The position numbers and the translations under genes were made by a program. A stretch of 54,262 nt of DNA from an uncultured Bacilli bacterium (GTDB lineage Bacteria; Bacillota_I; Bacilli_A; RF39; UBA660). The notes below the pieces were generated by a model, which was not told the origin of the DNA, ran no database searches, and saw only the letters and a list, made by a program, of their open reading frames with translations. Position 1 is the stretch's first letter, and the number at the start of each line of letters is the position of its first letter. The stretch covers positions 1-54,262 of the forward strand of contig CALVXR010000094.1 in NCBI GenBank assembly GCA_944371445.1. The letters are read 5' to 3'. Shown here piece after piece: positions 1 through 9,591 of the stretch.

Positions 1-265
1 ATATTATACAGTTGAACATAATAAACAAGTTTATTCTCATGTATCTTCATATGGGGAAAGGGGCATTTTGCCTTTTTATCAAAAACTTGTTTTTTATTTA
101 TGTTTTTTTAAAGCAATAGCATATAATTCATCAAAAATTGATTTTTGGATTTAATTTACTTATATTTTTTAACAATAAAGATAGGGTTTGGGACATTTCC
201 CACAAAAGAATTTCGTGCGGGAGTACAAATTCAGTGCTGGCTAGACAATAAATATACTCACATAA

Positions 266-298
266 GCAAAAAACACTACCATATTTCAGATAGTGTTT
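266..298 (-). terminator. Rho-independent terminator after the 99-aa ORF
   Basis: 8-bp inverted repeat AAACACTA (271-278) / TAGTGTTT (291-298). On the - strand the stem runs into a T-tract (A-run 268-273 on +). It lies 7 nt past the stop at 305. Confidence 0.5.
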
Positions 299-304
299 AT
301 TCAT

Positions 305-604
305 TTAATAATATCTTTTTAATCTTAATGGATTATTATTTACTATTTTTAGATTATATTTTATTCTTAATATTTCTTCTATTTTAGATATTAATTTTTT
401 TGTATCACAGTTTATATTAAATACATCTTTTGCAGAATTAATATGATTATAAAGTGGTGAATCACATAAACATTTTCTACTATAGCTATTTGCTATATAA
501 AATGCTACTACATCAGGAATAATATAATTAATCATATACTTACTGAAATTATTATAAAAAGGTAGATATTTTTGATTCCATTCTTTTTCTGTTATATCAC
601 ACAT
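305..604 (-). CDS. Hypothetical 99-aa protein, translationally coupled to the tnpV-like gene
   Basis: ORF overlaps the tnpV-like stop by 8 nt and is followed by a hairpin terminator. No family recognised. Confidence 0.5.
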   Translation of the reverse strand: MCDITEKEWNQKYLPFYNNFSKYMINYIIPDVVAFYIANSYSRKCLCDSPLYNHINSAKDVFNINCDTKKLISKIEEILRIKYNLKIVNNNPLRLKRYY

Positions 605-947
605 AGATATACTCCTTTAATATAATTTCTTCAGCTCTATTTTTTATATTATTCATACTTTTTATCCACAGTAATTGTTGACTACCTTTCATTTCTTCAT
701 TTATATTTTCTTTTTCAGCAAGTACCTTTATTAATTCATTTACTTTATCTTCTACTAATTCATCTATTTCATGTAAATATTTATTTAATTCATCATTCAT
801 AAGTAATTTAATATATAAACTTTTCTTATTATTTTTAATATAATCTAATTTCAATAATCCATATTTTCTTATATTATATTGTTCTTTATTTCCTAATATC
901 AAATTAGGTAATAAAGAATCACCTTTTCTAGTGTAACTAATATTCAT
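597..947 (-). CDS. tnpV: TnpV-like transposon-associated protein
   Basis: 116 aa. It matches my memory of the TnpV family of Tn4451-type and other clostridial integrative elements in three segments: N-terminal Y-T-R-x-G-D-x-L-L-P-[ND]-L, the central LHEIDELVE...LIKVLAEKE helix, and C-terminal QLLWIKSMNNIKNRAEEIILKEYIY. RBS GAGGAAA upstream. Confidence 0.7.
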   Translation of the reverse strand: MNISYTRKGDSLLPNLILGNKEQYNIRKYGLLKLDYIKNNKKSLYIKLLMNDELNKYLHEIDELVEDKVNELIKVLAEKENINEEMKGSQQLLWIKSMNNIKNRAEEIILKEYIYV

Positions 948-972
948 AACATTTCCTCATTTCTTTTTATAT

Positions 973-1281
973 TTAGGCTTTAATTGTTATACATTTATTT
1001 GTTACAATTTGACCTTCGCCACCTCCTGCATTTATGTGATTAGATAAAACTATAACATTACTATTATCTCCATAAGCTTTTAATATTCTATTCACTCTTT
1101 CAGTAGGACTAACTGTCTCATCACTATCTCTAACTAAAGTAACCGGTATACCTAATTTTTTAAACTCATCATACATAAGTTTTGATATTTTAAGAGTTAA
1201 ATCTTTTTCTACAATTCCGTTACCACTTGCTCCCCCATCATCTCCACCATGACCAGCATCTATAACAATATTATAATTCAT
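973..1281 (-). pseudogene. Truncated N-acetylmuramoyl-L-alanine amidase (Amidase_3 N-terminal half only)
   Basis: 102 aa starting MNYNIVIDAGHGGDDGGASGNG..EKD and reaching SNHINAGGGEG, then 12 unrelated residues and a stop. The C-terminal half of the domain is absent and only 25 nt remain before the tnpV start. A strong RBS (AGGAGG) is retained. Confidence 0.6.
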
Positions 1282-1334
1282 ACAATAACCTCCTAATAAT
1301 AGTGTATGCTTTCTATATAAAAGTGCTATAAAAT

Positions 1335-1366
1335 AAAAATTTAGTATGCAAAAATTGACATACTAA
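1335..1366 (-). terminator. Rho-independent terminator after the P-type ATPase gene
   Basis: TTAGTATG (1341-1348) / CATACTAA (1359-1366), followed by a T-rich tail on the - strand. Confidence 0.55.
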
Positions 1367-1380
1367 ATTAATTTAATAAT

Positions 1381-4029
1381 CTAACTTAATTTTTCATTTT
1401 TTCTCTTAATATATTTATAGAATTCCATTACAATTAAAACTATTATAGATATCATAAATAAATATAATAATTTATCAATAGAAACAGAATGAGTTTTTAA
1501 AAACACACTTAAAGTTTCAACTTCCATTACAATTACTTGTAATACTATAGCAGACACTATACTGAATATGATAAGTGGATTTTCAAATAAGTTAATTTTA
1601 AATATAGATTCTTTTTCACTCTTACAATTAAGTACATGCATATTTTGTATAAATACCATTAGAGCCATAATATATCCTCTAGCAATACTTTCATCTATAT
1701 GAAGTACATTTATACAAATATACCATACAAAGAATACAACTAATCCAATAGTAAGTCCCGCAACCATAACTTCAAGTAAAAGTTCTTTATTAAAGATTGA
1801 ATCTTTTACACTTCTAGGTTTTTCTTCCATAATATTTTTTTCTGCTTTTTCAAAAGATAAAGCAAAATCTTGAAGTCCGTCTGTTACTATATTAAGCCAC
1901 AATAACTGTATAGCAACAAGAGGCATAGGTAAATTAAATACTATTGATAACATAAAAAACAATACTTCAGCAAGACCACACGATAATAACATATAACTTA
2001 CTTTTCTTATATTACTATAAGCATTTCTACCTTCTTTAATGCCAGCTACTATAGATTTAAAATTATCATCCAAAATAATCATAGATGCAGTCTCTTTAGC
2101 TACATCAGTACCACTTCCCATAGCAACACCTATGTTAGCTGCTTTTAATGCTGGAGCATCATTTACTCCGTCACCTGTAACTGCTATAAATTCTCCTTGT
2201 CTTTTATAAGATTCAACTATTTCTAATTTTTGAAGTGGAGTCACTCTTGTAAATATTTTCTTTTCACTAACAAATTTATCAAATTGTTCTTTTCCTTTTT
2301 TCAAAAACAATTCTACTTCTTCACCAATAGTTACTTCTTCATAGTGAGTTGCTAAAGTAAGTTCTTTTGCTATTGCAAAAGCAGTAAGTGGATGATCTCC
2401 TGTAATCATTGACACTTTTATTCCAGCAGTTTGACATTCTTCTATTGCTTTTTTTACTTCTTTTCTAACTGGATCAATAAAAGCTACTAACCCTATAAAG
2501 GTTAAATCCTTTATATCACTCTCATTATAGTCATCTTTTTCCTCGATAACAGTATCTGCAAGTGCTATAACTCTATAACCTTCTTTAGCTAAACTTTCAT
2601 TTTGCATATTAATTTTCTCTATATCTAAATCTTCTATTTTATTTTTACTCTTCATCTTATTTGAATAAAATAAAATCTTTTCAAGAGATCCTTTTACAGT
2701 ACAGTGAACCTCATTATTTCTTCTATAAAAAGCAGCAGAATATTTATTTTCAGATTCATAAGGAATTAATTTTAAAACTTCAACATCTCTTTCATTTATA
2801 CCAGCTTTTAAACCTAAAATTTTAAATGCAATATCTATAGAATCCCCCATAGTTTCAATTTTTTCTTCTTTTTTTACTATACTTTCATTATTTACAAATC
2901 CTAATAGCGCTATTTCTTTTGCTTTTTCTATATCATTTCCTTTTATAGTTCCTTCTATATTATATCCAATACCATCTACAAGATAAGTTTCATCATCAGG
3001 TAGTACTATTTTTTTGGCTGTTTGTTCATTAACTGTAAGTGTTCCAGTTTTATCAGTAGCAATTACTGTACAGCTTCCTAAACTTTCAACTGAATTAAGT
3101 TTTTTTACAATAACATTCTTTTTAGCCATCTTATTAGATGCTATAGTAAGTGCCATAGTAAGAGCAAGTGGTAATCCTTCTGGCATTGCTGATACTGAAA
3201 GTGCTATTACTGATAAAAAGATTTCTTTTCCATCAACATTTTTAATAAATAGCAATATTGTTAAAATAATAGCAATTATTACAACTAATAAACTTATTTG
3301 TTTAGAAAATTTTTCCATTCTAATTGTAAGAGGAGACTTAGTTTCTTTTGTTTCATGTACCGAAGTTGCTATTTTACCAATTTCAGTATTAGAACCAATA
3401 TCAGTAACTACTGCAACTGCTCTTCCTCTTGTTATTGTAGTTCCAGCATAAATCATATTTGTTCTATCACCTAAAGGTGTATTTATATCTAAAACCTTAT
3501 TAGTTTTATTTTCTTGTATACTTTCTCCAGTAAGCACAGCTTCATCTATTTGAAGATTTTCACTTTCAATTATTCTATGGTCTGCACTTACCTTATCACC
3601 TGATTTTAAATATACAATATCACCTATAGTTATTTCATGTGAATCAAGTAAAACTTCTTTTCCATTTCTCTTTACTAGTACTTTTACTTCTACTAACTTA
3701 GATAAACTTTCAGCAGTTCTTTCAGCTTTAAATTCTTGTACAGTTCCCATTATTAAATCAACTACAATAATAAAGATGATTGCAATAGCATCTATTACTT
3801 CTCCAATAATAAACGAAAAAATAACAGTAATTATTAATAATATAACAATTGGATCAAATAATTGTTTTAATAATATCAAAAAGAAATTAGCTTTCTTTTT
3901 TTCTGGTAAAACATTTTTTCCGTATTTTTCTATTCTTTTTAACGCTTCTTCATTTGTAAGTCCATTTAAATTTGTATTTAATTTTTCTAATGTTTCTTCA
4001 GCTGTTTTATTATACCACATATTTAACAC
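1381..4029 (-). CDS. Cation-translocating P-type ATPase, P2A (Ca2+-pump-like)
   Basis: 882 aa. Contains TGES (LTGESIQ), phosphorylation motif DKTGTLT, hinge TGDGVNDAPALK, the M4 motif PEGLP and multiple TM segments. Confidence 0.93.
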   Translation of the reverse strand: MLNMWYNKTAEETLEKLNTNLNGLTNEEALKRIEKYGKNVLPEKKKANFFLILLKQLFDPIVILLIITVIFSFIIGEVIDAIAIIFIIVVDLIMGTVQEFKAERTAESLSKLVEVKVLVKRNGKEVLLDSHEITIGDIVYLKSGDKVSADHRIIESENLQIDEAVLTGESIQENKTNKVLDINTPLGDRTNMIYAGTTITRGRAVAVVTDIGSNTEIGKIATSVHETKETKSPLTIRMEKFSKQISLLVVIIAIILTILLFIKNVDGKEIFLSVIALSVSAMPEGLPLALTMALTIASNKMAKKNVIVKKLNSVESLGSCTVIATDKTGTLTVNEQTAKKIVLPDDETYLVDGIGYNIEGTIKGNDIEKAKEIALLGFVNNESIVKKEEKIETMGDSIDIAFKILGLKAGINERDVEVLKLIPYESENKYSAAFYRRNNEVHCTVKGSLEKILFYSNKMKSKNKIEDLDIEKINMQNESLAKEGYRVIALADTVIEEKDDYNESDIKDLTFIGLVAFIDPVRKEVKKAIEECQTAGIKVSMITGDHPLTAFAIAKELTLATHYEEVTIGEEVELFLKKGKEQFDKFVSEKKIFTRVTPLQKLEIVESYKRQGEFIAVTGDGVNDAPALKAANIGVAMGSGTDVAKETASMIILDDNFKSIVAGIKEGRNAYSNIRKVSYMLLSCGLAEVLFFMLSIVFNLPMPLVAIQLLWLNIVTDGLQDFALSFEKAEKNIMEEKPRSVKDSIFNKELLLEVMVAGLTIGLVVFFVWYICINVLHIDESIARGYIMALMVFIQNMHVLNCKSEKESIFKINLFENPLIIFSIVSAIVLQVIVMEVETLSVFLKTHSVSIDKLLYLFMISIIVLIVMEFYKYIKRKNEKLS

Positions 4030-4033
4030 CTCT

Positions 4034-4765
4034 TTATATTATTACTGCACCATCTACTGATAAAATAGCACCACTAATATAACTAGCCATATCAGATGCT
4101 AAAAACAGAAATGCATTTGCTACATCTTCTTTTGTTCCAATACGTTTAAGAGGAATATTATTTATAAGAGGTTCTATCATCTCTTTTGGAAGATTTTCTA
4201 CCATATCTGTTTTTATTATTCCAGGAGCTACTGCATTTACTCTTATATTATATTTTCCAAGTTCACGTGCTAATGACTTTGTAAGCCCATTTAAAGCTGA
4301 TTTACTTGCAGGATAAGCACATCCACTTGGCTGCCCATATAAACTTACTACTGAGCTAGTATTAAGAATTACGCCACCATTTTCTTTTAAGTAAGGTAAA
4401 ACTTCTTTAGAACAATTAAATACTGCATTTAAATTTATATCTATTACTTTTTTAAAATCATCATAAGTATATTCTTCTAATTTTTTTCTATCTGATACAC
4501 CAGCATTATTTACTAATATATCTATTTTTCCATATATTTCTTTTATTTTAGCAAAAGTTTCTTTTATTTCATTTGGATCATTTAAATTAGGATAAAATCC
4601 TATTACTTCTCCTTTTTCTTTTAAAGTGCCTAAAGCTTTATCCACACTTTCTTTTTTACTACCAAAAATAGCTATTTTAGCACTATTTTCTAAGTATTTT
4701 TCTGCAACCATATACCCAATACCTCTTGTAGCGCCAGTTATAATTGCAACTTTTCCTTCTAACAT
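4034..4765 (-). CDS. Short-chain dehydrogenase/reductase (FabG-like oxidoreductase)
   Basis: 243 aa. Contains TGATRGIG, NNAG and the catalytic Y-x3-K (YPASK). Confidence 0.88.
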   Translation of the reverse strand: MLEGKVAIITGATRGIGYMVAEKYLENSAKIAIFGSKKESVDKALGTLKEKGEVIGFYPNLNDPNEIKETFAKIKEIYGKIDILVNNAGVSDRKKLEEYTYDDFKKVIDINLNAVFNCSKEVLPYLKENGGVILNTSSVVSLYGQPSGCAYPASKSALNGLTKSLARELGKYNIRVNAVAPGIIKTDMVENLPKEMIEPLINNIPLKRIGTKEDVANAFLFLASDMASYISGAILSVDGAVII

Positions 4766-4774
4766 AAATCCCTC

Positions 4775-6046
4775 CTATTTTATTTTTCTTATAAAATCAT
4801 TCATTGTTGTTGTACTAACTATCGAATATCTTGGAATTAAATATGGATTACTTCCTACCACAGCACTTTGATTTTTCCCAATAAATGCTAATTTAAATCC
4901 TGCTTCTTTTAAATTTTCTATAGCATAATTATTATATTCATAAAATGGATAAGCAAATGCAATCACATCTCCACCTATAATTTCTTTAGACTTTTTTAAA
5001 TCTTCTTGTATTTTATCTTTTGATAAGCACTTTATTCCGCCACCTTGGCCACCAGAACAAACTCCCTGATTATGTAAATCATGACCATGTGACTGCACCT
5101 CTACATATGGTGAATTAAACTTTTCTCTCTCAAAGAAACTTGTTATTAAAAATAATGTTGCTCTTTTATTATATTTTTCCATTATTTCAGGTAAAATAGT
5201 ATCAGTTCCAAGTGCTCCATCATCTACTGTTATTAAAACACTTTTTTCTGGAAGTCTTATTTTTCCTGTTATAAATTTATAAAATTCATCTATTGTAACA
5301 GTATAATAATCATTATTTGATAAATATTCTATTTGTTTTTCAAAAGTACTCTTCTTTAAACATATTATTTCCTTACACCTATTATCGCCGTCTTCATAAA
5401 AGAAATGATAATTTAATACGGGCATAGATTTAGCATACACATCACTATTTACTTTTTCTGTTTTTTCTATATTTTCTTCTTTAGGGTAATATAATCCATT
5501 ATGGTATCTAATAAATTTCTTAGTACCATCTTTCATCAAAACATCACTTGTAATAGTACCTTCTATATCGAATACTAGTTTATCATTTTCATCATAAAGT
5601 TTTATTTTATTTAGAGTTATTTTTTCTCCAAAAGATATATATTTATCATAATTTACTTTCTTAAAACTTAAATTATCTATTTTTTCTGCACTATTATATT
5701 TTATATAATAAGGTATTTCTACAAGTTCATAATATGTAGAATCATCATATGGTTTCAATGTAAATTCTAAACTTTCACCTATTGTACCTATTTCTATATA
5801 TTCATTGTTTTCTTTTTTATATAAAGCCGTATTTTCTTTTGTTTTTATATAATTGTTATAATTTTCTTTAGCGTCTTTTTTTATTTCTTCTTCTATTTTT
5901 TCGATTTTATTATTTATATCTTCTTTATTTTTAATATATTTTTCATCGTTTTTTTTATTTATTAAAAATGTAAAAAGAAAAGTAAGTGATAAAACAACTA
6001 TAAAAAATATAATTATAATAAAAGCTATTTTAAACATTTTTTTCAT
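4775..6046 (-). CDS. Membrane-anchored polysaccharide deacetylase family protein
   Basis: 423 aa. It has an N-terminal TM helix and a Lys/Glu-rich linker. The C-terminal NodB-type domain has TVDDG and HGHDLH motifs. Confidence 0.8.
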   Translation of the reverse strand: MKKMFKIAFIIIIFFIVVLSLTFLFTFLINKKNDEKYIKNKEDINNKIEKIEEEIKKDAKENYNNYIKTKENTALYKKENNEYIEIGTIGESLEFTLKPYDDSTYYELVEIPYYIKYNSAEKIDNLSFKKVNYDKYISFGEKITLNKIKLYDENDKLVFDIEGTITSDVLMKDGTKKFIRYHNGLYYPKEENIEKTEKVNSDVYAKSMPVLNYHFFYEDGDNRCKEIICLKKSTFEKQIEYLSNNDYYTVTIDEFYKFITGKIRLPEKSVLITVDDGALGTDTILPEIMEKYNKRATLFLITSFFEREKFNSPYVEVQSHGHDLHNQGVCSGGQGGGIKCLSKDKIQEDLKKSKEIIGGDVIAFAYPFYEYNNYAIENLKEAGFKLAFIGKNQSAVVGSNPYLIPRYSIVSTTTMNDFIRKIK

Positions 6047-6092
6047 ATTACCACCTACTATTTATAGTATATCAAAATGGTATGAATAATGC

Positions 6093-6125
6093 AAAAAAAA
6101 AGACAATTTTTTTATTTTTGTCTTT
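6093..6125 (-). terminator. Rho-independent terminator after htrA
   Basis: AAAGACAA (6099-6106) / TTGTCTTT (6118-6125). The - strand stem is followed by T9. It abuts the stop at 6126. Confidence 0.65.
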
Positions 6126-7202
6126 TTATGCTTCTTTTGTTAAATGTATTGTAGTTTCTTTTAAGTCTTTTCCTCTAAAATATTTTACTTTTACTTTATC
6201 TCCAACTGAATATTGATATAGTGCATGCCTAAATGTTGCAAGAGATGTTACTTTTTCATCGCCAAATTCAACAATTACATCCCCACTTTCAAATCCTGCA
6301 TCTTTAGCTGGACTACCATCTTGTACTGTAACTACAACTACACCTTCTTCAATTGAATCATCTATCATAATACCACTTTTATAAAGTAAATATGTATTTT
6401 GTACATCTGTCATTTCTATACCGACAAGTGGTCTTTTAATAGCTTCTCCTTTTTCTAGCTTTTCAACTGTTGTCATTGCAAGTTCAATAGGTATTGCAAA
6501 TCCCATTCCCTCCACTTCATCTTTCACAAGTTTAACGGAATTAACACCTATTACTTCACCATTTATATTAACAAGTGGTCCACCACTATTTCCAGGATTT
6601 ATTGCGGCATCTATTTGAATTACTTCCATAAGTCCTGAATCTTCTACTTCTATAGTTCTATCTTTACCTGATATTATTCCTTTAGTAACTGTTCCCATAT
6701 ATTCTTCACCAAGTGGTGATCCTACTGTAAAAATAGTATCACCAATTTCGGAATCACTACTCTTTCCTATTGATGCTATACTCATTACAGCGTCTTTGTC
6801 TATCGATAATACAGCAATATCAGAGTATTCATCACTACCTAATAATTTAGCTGTAACTTCTGTTCCAGCGTTATTTTTTATTTTTACTTCGTCGGAATCT
6901 GCCACTACATGATGATTTGTTATTAAATATCCACTTGTATCATCTTTTTTATAAACAAATCCTGTACCAGTACTAATAAGCTGTCCTCTTTTATATGCTT
7001 TTACTAAAACAACAGCATCATAAACTTTATCAACTGCACTTTTAATTGTATTTTCTTCTTTTATTGTTATATTTTCTGCAGTACCATTTGTTTCTTCAGT
7101 TAGTGGAAAATAATGAAATACCATTACTGTTCCTGATATTCCTATAAAAAATGCTAAAATGATAAAAGTTACATATATTATTTTTTGTTTATTTTCTTTC
7201 AT
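6126..7202 (-). CDS. htrA: HtrA/DegP-family serine protease with PDZ domain
   Basis: 358 aa. N-terminal TM anchor, trypsin-like core (TNHHVV His, GNSGGPL Ser motif) and a C-terminal PDZ-like region. Confidence 0.9.
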   Translation of the reverse strand: MKENKQKIIYVTFIILAFFIGISGTVMVFHYFPLTEETNGTAENITIKEENTIKSAVDKVYDAVVLVKAYKRGQLISTGTGFVYKKDDTSGYLITNHHVVADSDEVKIKNNAGTEVTAKLLGSDEYSDIAVLSIDKDAVMSIASIGKSSDSEIGDTIFTVGSPLGEEYMGTVTKGIISGKDRTIEVEDSGLMEVIQIDAAINPGNSGGPLVNINGEVIGVNSVKLVKDEVEGMGFAIPIELAMTTVEKLEKGEAIKRPLVGIEMTDVQNTYLLYKSGIMIDDSIEEGVVVVTVQDGSPAKDAGFESGDVIVEFGDEKVTSLATFRHALYQYSVGDKVKVKYFRGKDLKETTIHLTKEA

Positions 7203-7212
7203 TTATTCCTCC

Positions 7213-8145
7213 TTAATCAATATTTTCTATATCTCGCCAATTTTCAGGAAATCCAATCCTATTTAATATACTTATGAGTGGAACAGTATCTACTTTTCCA
7301 TCTAATTTATCTATTTCATAGCTTATTTCCCCAATTAAATCAGAAAATTGTTCTTCTGTAAGCATTTGTTTCATTATAATAAGCACTGCAAACAAATCAT
7401 TTTTTCCATATATATATTCATCTTCTCTTTTATCAATATTTAAAATTTTATGATATCTTGTATCTGGTATTACTTTTTGTGTTCTATGATCATATAAAAT
7501 TTCTTCATGAGCACATAAGTTTCTAAAGTTAGATAGTATTGATAAATATACAGATAATGATTCTGGATCTATCTTATAAAATTTACTTATAATTTCTTTA
7601 TCTTCTTCTTTTAGTATATTATAAAATTCAGAAATAATACCAAAAGATAATACTTTTACAAGAATCCACATTGGTATATAACCATAATTGTTTATGTAGT
7701 GCATTGTTGCAGTATGTTGTAATCCATTAGTTCTAATTTGTCTTCTCATTTTATTAAGTACATCGTGTACTTGCCTTACTCTAAGAGTATCTTGAGTAAA
7801 ATTCTGTGGATTTAAATAATCTTTGTCTTTATGTCCATACTTTTTTGACATTTGATAACTGATTATTGATTTTATATTATTTTCGATTATAAGTATATGT
7901 TTAAACATTATATTTCTTAAATATCTATCAAAACAAAATGTTGCATATAGTTCTTCAAAAGTAGTTCCCTCTATAAAAATTTTATCTTTATTTGCTTTCA
8001 TAAATAAGTGTCTATAACCACTTATAAAAAAGTAGTTTTCCCTAAAAAGAAGCTCTTTTGTTTTTTCATAATCATTTATAGTAAGGCCTTTTTCTTTTAG
8101 AATATCTATTTGTTCATCTAATGTTTTAAAAATCTTTGTTCTCAT
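7213..8145 (-). CDS. Abi_2-family (AbiD/AbiF-like) abortive-infection protein
   Basis: 310 aa. Family-typical N-terminus (TLDEQIDILKEKGLTI.D..K..E.L.RENYFFISGY), F.FDR.LR, and C-terminal L.ILSNFRNLCAHEE.LYD. Confidence 0.82.
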   Translation of the reverse strand: MRTKIFKTLDEQIDILKEKGLTINDYEKTKELLFRENYFFISGYRHLFMKANKDKIFIEGTTFEELYATFCFDRYLRNIMFKHILIIENNIKSIISYQMSKKYGHKDKDYLNPQNFTQDTLRVRQVHDVLNKMRRQIRTNGLQHTATMHYINNYGYIPMWILVKVLSFGIISEFYNILKEEDKEIISKFYKIDPESLSVYLSILSNFRNLCAHEEILYDHRTQKVIPDTRYHKILNIDKREDEYIYGKNDLFAVLIIMKQMLTEEQFSDLIGEISYEIDKLDGKVDTVPLISILNRIGFPENWRDIENID

Positions 8146-8160
8146 ACTCTCACCACAATA

Positions 8161-8217
8161 ATTATATCACAAATAATATGAAAAAAATATGGAATTTTTA
8201 TGTGATTTTTGTGTGAT
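8161..8217 (-). promoter_or_regulatory. Putative promoter (extended -10) with ATCACA/TGTGAT hexamer repeats upstream of the Abi gene
   Basis: The - strand reads TGATATAAT (8169-8161), about 15 nt upstream of the RBS GGTGAGAG. ATCACA hexamers on the - strand at 8217-8212 and 8206-8201. An inverted copy overlaps the -10 (8166-8171 on +). Confidence 0.35.
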
Positions 8218-8224
8218 TTTACTA

Positions 8225-8920
8225 TTATGATAATTTATAATATTTAAGTATTCCTTCTGTTATAATGTTTGCTAGTGTCTGCTGATGATTATTTTGTTTT
8301 AATAGGTATCTATCGTTTGCGTTAGATAGAAAACCAGCTTCTACAAGAATTCCTAATTTTTCAACTTTTCTATGCAAGTATATATTTGTAAGTTCTTTTA
8401 CTTCCCTTGTCGTACTAAAATTATTTTTAAACTCTTTATAAATATAATCAGCTAATTTTTTATTTTCAGGATTTATATCATCATAAAATATTTGAGCACC
8501 TCTCCAGTTTTCACTATTTTCAGCATTTAAATGAATAGATATATACATATCAGTATCAGAATTATTTATTATTTCAATTCTTTTTGCTAAATCGCTTCTT
8601 TTTTTACTATTTGTATATTTTACAGATAAATCATAATCATCATATCTGGTCATATACACTATAGCACCTAGATTTTCCAAATTATTCTTTAGTTTTTTAC
8701 TTATAGAAAGATTAATATCTTTTTCCATTATATTTTTATACATTGCTCCTGGATCTCTTCCCCCATGTCCCGGATCAATATATATAACTTTTCCAATTAA
8801 TGGTAGGTTATTTTCTCTTCCAGTTACTGTATAAAAAGACATAAAGAATAATGTAAATAATAAAAACATAAATGTTTTATACTTTAACATATTATCACCT
8901 ATATAATTATATGTATACAA
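8225..8920 (-). CDS. cwlD: Germination-specific N-acetylmuramoyl-L-alanine amidase CwlD
   Basis: 231 aa. Signal/anchor, then GKVIYIDPGHGGRDPGA, YISIHLNA, W.GAQIFY and LVEAGFLSN. This is collinear with B. subtilis CwlD as I remember it. Confidence 0.88.
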   Translation of the reverse strand: MYTYNYIGDNMLKYKTFMFLLFTLFFMSFYTVTGRENNLPLIGKVIYIDPGHGGRDPGAMYKNIMEKDINLSISKKLKNNLENLGAIVYMTRYDDYDLSVKYTNSKKRSDLAKRIEIINNSDTDMYISIHLNAENSENWRGAQIFYDDINPENKKLADYIYKEFKNNFSTTREVKELTNIYLHRKVEKLGILVEAGFLSNANDRYLLKQNNHQQTLANIITEGILKYYKLS

Positions 8921-9021
8921 TAAAAATTACTAAACAAAAAATATTATGTTATATAGTTAATAATAGGTAATTTGATAAATTATTTAAAAAATATTTATTA
9001 CATTATTAATAAATAAAATAT

Positions 9022-9058
9022 AAAACCCCAATTCAATCTAATATTGAATTGGAGTTTT
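9022..9058 (-). terminator. Strong hairpin terminator closing the Tad-like operon
   Basis: 10-bp stem CCAATTCAAT (9028-9037) / ATTGAATTGG (9043-9052) with a 5-nt loop. T-tracts follow on both strands. Confidence 0.7.
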
Positions 9059-9103
9059 AAACTTCTTACTACTTAATTTACTTAATTAAATTCAATAATT
9101 TTA

Positions 9104-9580
9104 TTAATTTCCTAATATTCCCATTGTTTTTGTTTCACCATAAACGGGAAGTTCTAACAAAGATGAAATAATAGGTATTTCAAAATACATATAAGCTGTT
9201 ACACCATAAAATTTTTGCTCAATATCACCATTTTTAGTAGTGACTTCTTCTATACAGTATTTGTAATCGCTATTAGTTGAAACTGCCTTCCAATTAGTAT
9301 TGTGATTACTTCCAATCGAATAAGCATCCTTTTTATAATGATAATCATTATTAGAACATCCTTTGTTTGATATTCTATATCCAGTTTCTCCTAAAAATGT
9401 ATTTATTTGCTTTTGCGCTTCTAAAGTATATCCATTATTTTCTTCAATTATACTTATTATCCTATTTTTGACTTTATATGCTTTAGTATAATTTATTGAT
9501 CCAGCAAACAATACCAAAAATATAATTACAAATATTATTATAAGATTAACAATAAATGTTTGCCCAATTGCTTCTCTCAT
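9104..9580 (-). CDS. Prepilin-like membrane-anchored protein, paralog A (pseudopilin/TadE-like by architecture only)
   Basis: 158 aa. Short charged leader MREAIG, then a ~22-residue hydrophobic helix. Paralogous to 9592-10071, sharing GYRI, YCI.E, YGV..Y.Y..IP and PVY.ET plus two conserved Cys. Confidence 0.5.
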   Translation of the reverse strand: MREAIGQTFIVNLIIIFVIIFLVLFAGSINYTKAYKVKNRIISIIEENNGYTLEAQKQINTFLGETGYRISNKGCSNNDYHYKKDAYSIGSNHNTNWKAVSTNSDYKYCIEEVTTKNGDIEQKFYGVTAYMYFEIPIISSLLELPVYGETKTMGILGN

Positions 9581-9591
9581 GAAATCACCTA

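Larger units (their letters stand above)
305..1010 (-). mobile_element. Edge or remnant of a TnpV-carrying integrative element (inner boundary approximate, outer boundary outside the window)
   Basis: The tnpV-like gene and its coupled small ORF sit directly against the point where Amidase_3 homology of the neighbouring gene breaks off (about 1010). No recombinase lies within the window. Confidence 0.35.

Noticed and set aside
186-250. A relatively GC-rich patch (GGGTTTGGGACATTTCCCAC...CGTGCGGGAGTAC...GCTGGCTAG) in AT-rich intergenic DNA. It could be a small RNA, a tRNA fragment, an att site or an NBS-like ATTTCCC.
   Set aside because: I could not fold it into a tRNA or a known riboswitch shape, and there is no convincing promoter or terminator pairing on either strand. 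Single ATTTCCC heptamers also occur inside genes (for example at about 7329 and about 41589) at roughly the chance rate. It remains unexplained rather than claimed.
145-387. 80-aa + strand ORF at the left end of the window.
   Set aside because: It has no RBS, a hydrophobic low-complexity translation, and it overlaps both the terminator and the 3' end of the 99-aa - strand ORF.
3014-4060. ORFs of 145 aa and 94 aa on the + strand, antisense to the P-type ATPase gene. Similar antisense ORFs occur at 4626-4871, 13038-13289, 15257-16708, 18588-18857, 25110-25394, 26839-27141, 38242-38481, 40235-40748, 42072-42353, 46825-47031, 50655-50849, 52064-52507 and 53058-53830.
   Set aside because: All lie wholly inside well-supported genes on the opposite strand. 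They have low-complexity Ile/Phe/Ser/Leu-rich translations and no RBS. They are typical shadow ORFs of an AT-rich genome.
9131-9146. parS-like sequence TGTTTCACCATAAACG.
   Set aside because: Only 12 of 16 positions match TGTTTCACGTGAAACA and the central palindrome is lost. It lies inside a coding region, which is consistent with chance.
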